From: Lingula anatina
Lineage: Eukaryota; Animalia; Brachiopoda
DNA: 64,000 bases
Assembly: GCA_051362555.1 (NCBI GenBank)
Contig: CM120643.1
Span: forward strand, 23,006,848 to 23,070,847
Direction: 5' to 3'
Under the pieces are notes generated by a model that saw only the letters and a program-made list of their open reading frames with translations, was not told the origin of the DNA and made no database searches. Below, piece after piece: positions 34,299-45,767 of this stretch. The translations under genes were made by a program, and so were the position numbers. How positions within the stretch are numbered: the stretch's first letter is position 1; each line of letters opens with the position of its first letter.

Positions 34299-37200
34299 AT
34301 GATTTATTTTGGATATCTGATACTTGGTGCAGTTTTACCGACCTCCATATTCTTCTCAGGAACAACAGCATCTTGGACCGAGATAGTTTCGGAATTTAAC
34401 CAGTCCAGTTCTGAAATGCATAGTTCCGCTTTACTGTTAGGCAAGTTCATCTCTCTCTCTCGGTCTCTCTCTCTTTCTCTCTCTCTCTCTCTTACACACA
34501 CACACACGCACGCGCAAACAGACACTGCTCGAAAACAAAAATATAAAAAACCTTCAATTTCTCTCTTTGTGTTTTTATGGCAATAGTTTATTGATGTAAA
34601 CTATAATGTACACCTGTTAGGCAAGTTCATGACAATTTCTCTCTCTCTCCCTCTCACAAACTCACACACCTAAAACAAAACCGTTAAAAACCTTAATTTT
34701 CATTTTTTGTTCTTTAAAATTAAAATGCCAATATGAAGAACTTTATTGATGTAAACCATAGCGTAGGCTTACATGGTATGATCAAGTTGCATGTACAGTA
34801 TGAATGTCTTTTCATTACCCTTATACCAAAGGGAGACTTATGAATCTCTTATTTTATTAAAGGGATAATAACTCTTCGTTTCGGCCAAAAAATGAATTTT
34901 CCTGGAGTAAACAACAATTTTCCCACACTAACCATTGGTTAATGAATCCATTTTTACATTTATAGTTAGTCCCTGCTTTTTTTCTAAAAAGTTTTTTTTT
35001 CTTAAATCTCTTAGGAGATTTTAACAGAGTATAGCCATCAATGGAGATCACGTGGTCTAAAGACAAGCTCAGATATCAGAATAATAGCTATAACTGCCGT
35101 TTTTGTGGTAAAACAGAATATATTATATTTCTATGAGTTATTCACAATGTTTTTAATGTGAAATATAGATCTCATACGAAGAGTTATTTTCCTTTAATTT
35201 TGCGTTAGATTTACTGTTCCAGGATTAAACCAGTCCCTGTTGTTTGCATTTATATTCGTTCCCAGTCATCTAACAAAGATAATAGCCGATGTATTAGGGC
35301 GCCCGTGGACCATACGGATTGGTTTGGCTATTTGCTGTCTAGGACATGGACTCAGTGCCATTGCACCAAATATGGCGTTTCTGGCGATTTCACGATCTGT
35401 GCTTGTTGGATTGGGAATCAGTTGTTGTGTGACCCCAATGCAATTTCTTTTGGCCGAGTGGTTCCCATGGCACCATCGATACCACGTATTTGCTACCAGC
35501 TTTCATATGATGACGAGCCCAATAGGTAAACATAATACAGTACCCCGGTACTGGTTTTAAGCAGAGATGTGATTATTTTAAGGGGAGAATTTGGGAAGGG
35601 AATATCAGTTAGAAAACTAGCTTTATATTAACCTTTTATGATCGAAAAGACTATAGAGTCATTGCACATTTTACACTGTGAAAATGGTACGTGTCTATAT
35701 TTATACATTATACATGTATTTAATAAAATTGCACATAAATTCCCAGATACACTTCCTAGGAGTACTGCAAATTTTCCCGACAAAACGTCACGACGGAAAA
35801 TGGGCATACAGTACAAAGTTAATAGGGTTTTCTGTCACCAATTAACTTGTAAACAATTATACAACGTTCATATGTATCCACAATTTGTTGCGTGCATCAA
35901 TTATTTTGTGTAGGCGGTGTACCTACACTGTGAAATAATATAATCACCTTGTTGATGTAAAAATATTTAAATACCTCTACAACAACTAATACTAAAAAAG
36001 TAAAAATGATAAATAAATAAATATATTTGTCTTGCAGGGTTTATAACAATCCCTTCACTGACAAGGTGGATAAAATCCACTAGCAGTTGGAGATATTCGT
36101 TTCTCTTTTTGATGTGTTTTGGTCTTCTCCTTGGAGTTTTCACCGGATGCGTATATCGGGAGCCAAAATCAGAAGGCGTGATAAATTTAAAGAGTGATCA
36201 GGGTACCCAATACACTATATCCTGGAGTCGATGGATGAAAGTATTGCTGATGACGATGTGGTTTATGACAGCTTGGTGCAATGGATTAAGCCAATCTGTG
36301 ATGTATACATTTTTGGTAAGTTAAAGAAGGGAGTCCTTCATATAAAAATAACATTGTCCAATGTGTCTTCGAAAGCTATAATTTACAGCATAATTCATTC
36401 AGTTATAGTCAGTAATCGCACTGTTCTCATGCGTTTTTATTTGGCTTTGGTAACTCATTTTAAATACACCATTGTGTTCCAGGTCAAGTACGCCGAGGAT
36501 CAGGGATTCCACGGCTATGTGTCAACATTTCCACTCACGGCAGATGGCGTTGGTAACTTAATTTCTCGATTTCTAGTTGGAATGTTAGGCGACTACATCA
36601 AGGGCTATCTGTTGTACATGTATACCGGATGTTCACTGTTGTTGGCGCTTGCTTGTTTTATTTTACCGTTGTGCAAGTCTTTGGCCGGAGTAATTTCATT
36701 TGGAGCAGGTAGGCTGTCATTAAGAATCTTTGCATTTTTATAAATATATAAATGTTTATGTATATTTTACTCAGTATAGTGACTTTTCATAAAACGATCA
36801 CAAAGGGTTTCAAAGTCGAATTATAAAGTGGAAATTGGAATCAAAATGATGCCGAATGCTTTTTCATGGGATGTGACGTTTGATATGTACGGTTCATAAA
36901 TCTTCAGCATGCCAATTGTAACAAAAGATAATACAATAATGATTATACTTAAGATGCACACATAGAGATGCTATGTTACCGTATCGATATAACTTTATTA
37001 AAGTTTAGGTGTGTTATTCGGTAAAATCCTACCGGTACTTCCTACCGGTGTGTATGTCAAATAACATACTGTCACCTTCTCGCCATGTATGCCTTGAGCA
37101 CCTCTTGCACTGACACTCGAGGTGTTCTGGCATATATGGCTCTGGTGACAGCATATTATCTCCCACATAATTCAGTTTTAGGAGCCGCGCAGGCCCCATT

Positions 37201-37370
37201 TGTTGCGGCACGCTACGCTGCTTGTAATGAAGTCATGGGAGGTGAAAACGTCCACGATTTATTCCTCATTCAGCGCGTTGGTTGGGGACTTGGATTGGGC
37301 TCCGGAGGTATTTTGTCAGGTGGGAGAAATATAAAGTTTGATGAAATATTGAATCAGTAAAGTATCATAT

Positions 37371-37417
<47 letters not shown>

Positions 37418-38299
37418 AAATGAAGCAAAGCGATATGTTAAGGTCTCTTCCATCATTAAACTACAGTTTGTATAAACACTCAACTATCTATATATATTAT
37501 ATTATTGAAATTGAACTGTAATATAGCCCTACTGTTGGTCATAATGAAACGTTTGTCGTCATTCTCTATGTGAAGTCCTTGTTTCTGTACGCATCGGGCA
37601 GGCTACACATGTAGTATGACTTCCAATATTATACATGGAAGTTTTTTTTTTTTTTTGGGGGGGGGGGGGGGGGTGACATCTTTTGCAAAGTCACACGTGG
37701 TGACTTTGATCATTGTCTTTGCTATATAATAAATCGTATTCCCCTTTATCTACGTATACTAGGTTTTCCATGTCCACTCGTGAAATGATCTCCGCTTCTA
37801 TTATACGTGTATTTGAATGGACTTGAAGTTTCTTGTTAAACATAAAAATAATTTAAAAATATGTTTATGTTAACAGGATATAAGAACAAAAGTCACCACA
37901 TAACTGAATTAGGCCAAACCTACTCAGTTTGCCCACAACAAAAAATTTTCATTTTATTTAGGGCTTGTTCTGGATACCTACGGTTCCTACACATTGGTTT
38001 TCAACGCCTTGGGACTCTGTTACTGTCTTGTGCTGGCTGCTCAGATCATAATGATCTCTAGCAACAAATTTTGTGGCACTGCAGTCTCCACGTGCTCAAT
38101 GCCAGTCACGGATGAACGACAGGCGGCACCACCGTCACTTTTCAATTGGAGACCAAACAGAGACCGATATGTTTTATATAACAAAAGAAGTAAACCAACA
38201 GAAACAACGTCCCTTTGTGCCAGCAACATGACTTATACTACTGAAAAAATCCAACCGGCCAAAGACGAAGAGAGAATGCTATTACTAGTGCAAAATTGA
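34299..38299 (+). CDS. SLC16/monocarboxylate-transporter-like MFS protein, copy 1 (6 exons, about 476 aa)
   Basis: Exons 34299-34440 (GC donor), 35223-35525, 36038-36315, 36483-36708, 37176-37319, 37962-38299, totalling 1431 nt and open. About 12 hydrophobic segments with MCT-like motifs: ADVLGRPWTIRIG, VLVGLG, LAEWF, WRYSFLFL..CVYREP, VKYAEDQG, SRFLVGMLGD, GLVLDTYGSYTLVF. Confidence 0.88.
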
Positions 38300-38604
38300 T
38301 GTTTCAGGTTTTAACACTTTGTTGGTGGTAAAATGTTGTATGTAGGCCTATGGTGGACGTGAAATCAAATTATCAAAGGCATACGTCTCTATTACATGCA
38401 CTATTCTGTGGCGTTTTAGATATTTTCATTTAAAGTTCGTCGTCAGCTATCTTTTTCATTCTAGAAGTAAATCTCTTTATATTGCTCTCGTACCTTTCAA
38501 TATTCACTGGTCGGAGTCAATGGCTATTGTACGATCTGTTGTCACTTGAAGCTGAACATCAGGCCACGGGAATATCTTAATCCCACGCCATGTACCATAC
38601 GAGA

Positions 38605-38635
<31 letters not shown>

Positions 38636-39359
38636 ATGACGACGGTAAGTCGGATAGTGCCGTAAAATGGCTATCATTATATAATACTTTTACATGTGGT
38701 TATACCGTGCACATATTATTTTGAGCGAACTTCTTTAAGTGTCTTTACAAACGAAAAAAGACCATACTTTATGATAAAAATTGTGCGTTTGAGTGTCGTT
38801 TGACAACTTGGCTTGGGGCATGAGAGTTCCTGTATCTTTTTATATTTCATCACAGAATATTGAAGGAAATTTATGGGAGCAATATACAGTCAAGATAAAT
38901 CTGCTTCATATGGACGACAAATTAAGCAAAAAATCAATTCAATATAATGTAATGCGTAAAAATACATTTCATGACGTTCAAATGGATCGCTGAATTTGTT
39001 ATTTTAAATAATATAGTGCCAAACTGCCCCGACATCAGTTTTTTCTTTATGAAATAGTGAGACGAGGCACAATATTTGCAAAACATTGAAGTTCCTTTTG
39101 TAGCTAAGTCCTGGCTGCTCGTTCTAAGTCGGTTTTGTTGCACCAACTAGGCCCGATTATTCCTATTTCCGCATTCCCTTGAGCGAGCATAAGGGCTAGA
39201 ACGTACAAGTTGTAGAGTAAAATAGTTGCAAAGAACTGACGGTTTGGAATGGGTTTGATTAAAAATGCGAATCATGCAAACATGTCAGTTGTGCCACCTC
39301 TAAACACTGACTGAAAGAAATCTAAGAACGGTACAGATGGAAGCTACAATTAAACATGT

Positions 39360-39609
39360 ATTGTGTGGATGAAAACCGAACTAGCTAAACTGATCTAATT
39401 CTGCAGGGATTCTCGCTAAATACGTTCAGTGTAAACGGCTTAAATGTCCTGAACGCTTACTGAAGCTGCTAAGGGGTAGTCAGCTTCTCCCAAAATACTC
39501 AAGGGGGCATGCCAGACAGTTAAGCTGATTACACTGAAAGCAATTTAGCGAGAAGCCCTGCAGAATTAGATCGATCCAGCTAGTTCGATGGGTTTATCGG
39601 AACGCAGTC
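39360..39609. mobile_element. MITE (Harbinger-like) upstream of transporter copy 2
   Basis: Inverted arms CGAACTAGCT..GATCTAATTCTGCAGGG..TCTCGCTAAAT / ATTTAGCGAGAAGCCCTGCAGAATTAGATCGATCCAGCTAGTTCG. A paralogous copy lies at 45153-45402. Confidence 0.75.
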
Positions 39610-39954
39610 GAACGCACCATATTAATTTAACCACCAGCCTAAGTCATCGAGGTTTGTAATGTTGGCCTTTATTATACATATTTTTATGTTCCTGATAATT
39701 CAACGCTGTAAAGAAATCACATTTCCCATTGCCAGGTTACACTTGCTGTTCTTCACCAATTTATCATATTTTGAGATTTGAAAATTGAATGTTCTTTCTC
39801 AATATGCTGGTACAACATTTACGAATAGAATATATGTTACAGCAACTAGGTTAACATGACAGGATTCTTGGCTTATCAACATTTTATTGTAAGGTTGATG
39901 TTGCATATGCCGGTATACAAAGACATCATATAACTGTCTCATAGCTCGGGTGCC

Positions 39955-40105
39955 ATGATTTATTTTGGATATATGATACTGGGTGCAGTTTTACCGGCGT
40001 CCATATTCTCTTCAGGAGCAATAGCAAGTTGGACCGAGATGGTTGCGGAATTTAACCAGCCCAGTTCTGATATGCATAGTTCTGCTTTCCTGTTAGGCAA
40101 GTTTA

Positions 40106-40177
<72 letters not shown>

Positions 40178-43100
40178 CGAAGACAAAAAAAAAAAAAAAA
40201 AAAAAACAACAACTTATATATTGGGTGTTTTTATATCACTATGAAAAATTCAGGATATTTACCAAAACGTACAGGTAGGCTAAAATGGCATGATCAAACT
40301 ACAGTATAAGTATCTATATTGCTCTGTCGAGCATATCGTTGTCCTATTCTTGTAGAGGGTCTAAGAGCTAATTCAGAACAGATGATCATCGGATGTACTG
40401 ATCCACGGATCAAATATGGCGGACCCTACATGGACGCAAGACCATTTTATCCCGTAATCAAACCTCGGAGCTGAAATTTAATCCGTTTAATGGCGCGTGT
40501 GAAGGCGCTGAGACCATCAGTAGATCCGAGGACCATCTGTACTGAATGAACTTTAAATGTCGCGTGAAATGTGGATACTCATAAGTGACTAATTTGCATT
40601 TGATCCACTTCTTTAGATATATTTTTCAGGCCTGAACCAGTCCTTGTTTTTTGCCTTAATGTTCGTTCCCAGTCATCTAACAAAGATGATATCTGATGTG
40701 TTAGGGTGCCCGTGGACCATACGGATTGGTTTTGCTCTTTGCTGTCTAGGACATGGACTCAGTGCCATTGCTCCCAATATGACGTTTCTGACAATTTCAC
40801 GATCTGTGCTTGTTGGATTTGGAGTGAATTGTCTTACGACTCCTATGCAATTTCTTTTGGCCGAGTGGTTCCCATGGAACCATCGATGCCACGTATTTGC
40901 TACCAGCTTTCAATCGGTGGTTAGTCCAATAGGTAGGCCTTATTATTCTGATAGTAACCACAGACGTGGTTATTTTAAGGGCGGACTTAAGGAAGAGAAT
41001 AACGATCACTAAGAAAAACCCTCTAGGGATCTGTCATAACAAAATAGATCTAAAGATATACACAATTATTGACTTTGGGGGAGATTACCTCTTTGCTAAG
41101 TTCGTCCTGAAGCTAGAGTTATTGACCCCGTAGTGACTGAAATACAAAGTCTATAACCACTTTGTAACATAATCATGAATTTTCAAAATAATTGAAAATT
41201 ATTCAGACCTTGAATATATTTCTAGATATACTTCCAATGTTCAGACATTCTAATAACTTACTGATTACAAATAAAAGTCATAAAACTGAGTGCCTTTCGA
41301 CCAATCGGTGAGCGTCAAATATCGTCATCATATGTGTAACAACAGCGTGAGACTTTCAGAATCATTGTGGTGATGTCAAATCTGTAGAACGCTTCTTCTA
41401 GTACATGCACTACCTCTACCTCCGATGCTAATGTTAAATAATTGATTAAAGAACATTTGTCTTGTAGGGTTTATAGCGATCCCTTTATTGACAAGGTGGA
41501 TAATATCCACTGGCAGTTGGAGATATTCGTTTCTCCTTTTGATGTGTTTTGGCTTTCTCCTTGGCGTTTTCACCGGATGTGTATATCGGGAGCCAAAATC
41601 AGAAGACGTGATAAATTTAAAGAGTGACCAGGGTACCACACACACTATATCCTGGAGTCAATGGATGAAAGTATTGCTGATGACAATGTGGTTTATGACA
41701 GCTTGGTGCAATGGATTAAGTGAATCTGTGAAGTATACATTTTTGGTATGTTTACGCAGGTTACACGGAGTTCCAGTAGTATATAATACTTTACAGAAGT
41801 CCCACGCGGCTACGAATCTTATATTTATAATTTTCATTATAATTAAATCATGTTAGTGATAACATGTGTGTACGTTGCCGTTGTGATTTGGATATGGTAC
41901 ATGTATCTTGAATCGGTAATTGCGTTCCAGGTAAAGTATGCCGAGGATCAGGGATTCCACGGCTATGTGTCAACATTTCCATTCACAGCAGAAGGCGTTG
42001 GTAACTTCATTTCTCGATTTCTAGTTGGAATGTTAGGCGACCACACCAAGGGCTATCTGTTGTATATGTATGCCGGATGTTCACTGTTGCTGGCGCTTGC
42101 TTGGTTTATTTTACCGTCGTGCAAGTCTTTGGTTGGAGCTATCTCATTTGGAGCAGGTGGGTTCACGTTTTACATAACATTTGTATTTTTATAAAGACAT
42201 TCGAATTGCTGCTATTCAGTATTATTGCTCGTAACGGTACGTGTGGTCCAATGTTTAAGATGGGTCACAATCAAAAATAATGTCACATATGAAGTAGGCC
42301 TAGGCCAAGCAGGCGTATAATGATTCGTTCTCAGAATTGAAGTGTACCAGTAACAAGGAATACGGAAAACAAAATGACGCCGAACGATTTACGTTTAGTA
42401 AATTCTATTATATGATATAATTCCGTGATATGTCCAGATAGGGAAGGTTTCAATCTCCAATATTCCAACTGTGACAGATGATTTCAAAGAAATGTTTATA
42501 TTTCAAATAATTCAGTTCTAGGAGCCGGGCAGGGTCCAGCTGTTGCGGCACGCTACGCTGCTTGTAATGAAGTCATGGGAGGTGAAAACGTCCACAATTT
42601 ATTTCTGATACAGCGCGTTGGCTGGGGACTTGGAATGGGCTCCGGGGGTATCTTGTCAGGTGGGAGAAACCCGTTTTTAGACGAAATACATTGTACCGTT
42701 GAAATATGACACCATTATCTTGTGCTATTTGCAAACGAAGTCAATTAAATTATATTTGAAAAGTTTCTATCATTATCAAGATTAAAAAAAAATATTTTCT
42801 TTGTTGTAACTACATGTACGTCACTTAAATGGATGTTTGAAATTGAACTGTTGTTATCCTATCCTGTTTGACATAATGAAACATTTACATTCTAACTCAA
42901 ATGAATTCAATTCGAAATTAGTATTGCCCTTTACTGATACTTACAGGGTTTTTTATGTTTAACCATGAAATGAGCTTCGATTTCATTATATTTGAATGGA
43001 CTTGTTTCTCGTAGAACATTAAACATAATTTTCATACTAATTTTTTAAATTGGATAGACATTATGAAAGTCATTACATGAGTGATTTTAAAAAAGGAAAT

Positions 43101-43686
43101 GCACAAACAAACAAACAAAAAACCGTTGAAAATAAATCTGCCATGCGCAAACTGCATAAGTGCCATAGGTCTATATAAGTTTTAATATTTCATTTACAGG
43201 TCGCCCTGTGGACGCTTACGGCTCCTACTTGTTAAACATAAAAATACTTTTAAAATTTGTGTATGTTGACATAAGAAAGAAAGTCACCACATAACTGAAT
43301 TGGGCCAAACCTACTCAGTTTGCCTACAACAAGGATTTTCATTTTATTTAGGGCTTGTTCTGGATACCTACGGTTCCTACACCTTGGTTTTCAACGCCTT
43401 GGGACTCTGTTACTGTCTTGTGCTGGCTGCTCAGATCATAATGATCTCTAGCAACAAATTTTGTGGCACCGCAGTCTCCACGTGCTCAATGCCAGTCACG
43501 GATGAACGACAGACGGCGCCACTGTCCATTTTCAACATTAGACCAAGCAGTGGCAGATATGTTTTATATAAAAAAGGTGAACCATCAGAAACAACGTCCC
43601 TTTGTGCAAGCAACATGACATATACGACTGAAAAAATCCAACCGGCCAAAGACGAAGAGAGAATGCTATTACTAGTGCAAAATTGA
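39955..43686 (+). CDS. SLC16/MCT-like MFS transporter, copy 2 (6 exons, about 475 aa)
   Basis: Exons 39955-40096 (GC donor), 40630-40932, 41468-41745, 41931-42156, 42516-42659, 43352-43686. Exon sizes (142/303/278/226/144) and motifs match copy 1, and the frame is open. Confidence 0.88.
40365..40553. mobile_element. Harbinger-like MITE, internally deleted, in intron 1 of copy 2
   Basis: TIR GAGCTAATTCAGAACAGATG / CATCTGTACTGAATGAACTT with TAA flanks. A deleted version of 46107-46395. Confidence 0.75.
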
Positions 43687-45152
43687 TGTTCCAGGTTTTC
43701 ACATTTTGTGGGTGGTAAATGGCGTTACTTTAAAACTGCCGATGACAGATAATTGCTGTATGTATTGTAGACATGAAATTAAATTATCAAACGCATACGT
43801 CTCTATTACAAGTGCTTTTCTGTTGCGCTTAGGTATTTTCATTTTAAAGTTAATCGTCAGTTATCTTTTTCATTCTAGAAGTAAATCTCTTTATATTGTT
43901 CTCCTACCTTGAAATTTTCACTGGTCGGAGTTACTGGCTATTATACGATCTATTGTCACTTGAAGCTGAACATCAGAATTTCTTAATCCCACGCCATGTA
44001 ACACAGGTGATCAAAAATAAATAAATTAAGAAATGAATAAATAAATAAATAACGATTCGGATAGTGCCGTAAAATGGCTATCATTACATAATGCTAATGC
44101 ATGTAGTTATTCTTTGCATATATTATTTTGAGTGTACTTATTTAAGTGTCTTTACATACGAAAAAAGACAAATTGTCAAGACCTATTCAACACTCGGGAT
44201 TTTCCGTTTAACCTCCTTGGGGGTCAACAATAGGGGGACCGAGGCTAATGGTACATCGGGCTAACTTGGTCTCTCGTCAAGTTCTGAAAAAGTATGTAAG
44301 AGGTAAAATTTTACCATGTCCCTCAATGTCAAGAAAGCGAAACACTTTTCACTTGAGCGTTGAGCCCAAAAGAAATGTATTCTTGATCTGAAAGTTACTT
44401 TGTTCCATAGGTTTTAAAATAAATTTTCCTGGGCTTTTGATAGTATTAAGGATGCGCACAAGGCCCCAAACTAAAATTAATTGTTTGAAATTTTGCAATT
44501 CATTCTAGCAACAAAAGTGGCGCTAATACTTTATAAATGTAGTAAAATATGTGCGTTTGAGTTTAGTTGGACCACTTGGCTCTGGGCATGTTAGATCCTG
44601 CATCTTTTTAAATTATTTCAACACAGAATACTGAAAGAAATGTATAGGAACGATATATATTTACGATATATCTACTTTGCACGAACGACAAATTAAGCAA
44701 AGACTCAAAATTCAATTCACTATAATGTGATGCGTAGAAATAAATTTCATGGCGTTTATATGGATTGCTAACTTCCTTATTTTAAACAATAGAGTACCAA
44801 ATTGCCCCGACATCAGGTGTTTTTAATTATCAAATAGTGAGGCGCGGCACAACATTTGCAAAACAATGTAGCCAAGTTCTGGTCGCTCACTCTAACTCGG
44901 TTTTGTTGCTTCAACTAGTCCCAGATTCCCATATTTCTTTTTTCCCTTGAGCGACTATGGAAATGTTAAAGTTACAGAGTAAAATACATGTAGTTGCAAA
45001 GAACAGACTGAGTTTATTCGTAAAATGCGGATTTAGGTACACCGCCAAAACATGCAAAAATGTCAGTTGTGCCGCCTCTGAACACTGACCGAAAGAAAAC
45101 CAAGGACGGTGCAGATTGAGGCTACAATTTTAAATTTAATTATAAAAGCATG

Positions 45153-45402
45153 TATTGTGTGGATGAAAACCGAACTAGTTAAACGGATCTAACTCTGCGG
45201 GGATTTTCGATAAGTGCATTCAGTGTAGACGGCTTTAATGTCCTGAACGCTTACTTAAGCTGCTAGGGGTAATTAACGATAGGCAGCTTCTCCCTAGTTA
45301 CTCAAGTGGGCGTGCCAGACAATTAAGCTGATTACACTGAAAGCAATTTAGCGAGAAGCCCCGCAGAATTAGATCGATCCACAATTAGGTCGGAACGCAG
45401 AC
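45153..45402. mobile_element. MITE upstream of transporter copy 3 (same insertion site as 39360-39609)
   Basis: Same inverted arms and same flanks as 39360-39609. Confidence 0.72.
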
Positions 45403-45767
45403 GAACCTACCATATTATTTTAACCACCAGCCGCTTCAGCGAGGTTTGTAATTTAGGGTTATGTAAAATATTATACATATTTTCATGTTCCTGATTAATA
45501 AACGCTGTAAAGAAATCACATAACCTTTTTTATTGCCAGCTTACACCAGCCGTCCTTCACCAGTTTATCATTTTTTTTTTGAGATTTGAAAATTGAATGT
45601 TCTTTCTCAACATGCTGGTACAGTATATACGAATAGAATACATGTTACAGCATCTAGGTTAACATGACGGGATTCCGTGATTATCAAATCAACATTTTAT
45701 TGTGAGGTTGATGTTGCATGTACCGGTAGACAAAGACACCAAGTGTGACATTGCTAGCTCGGGTGCC

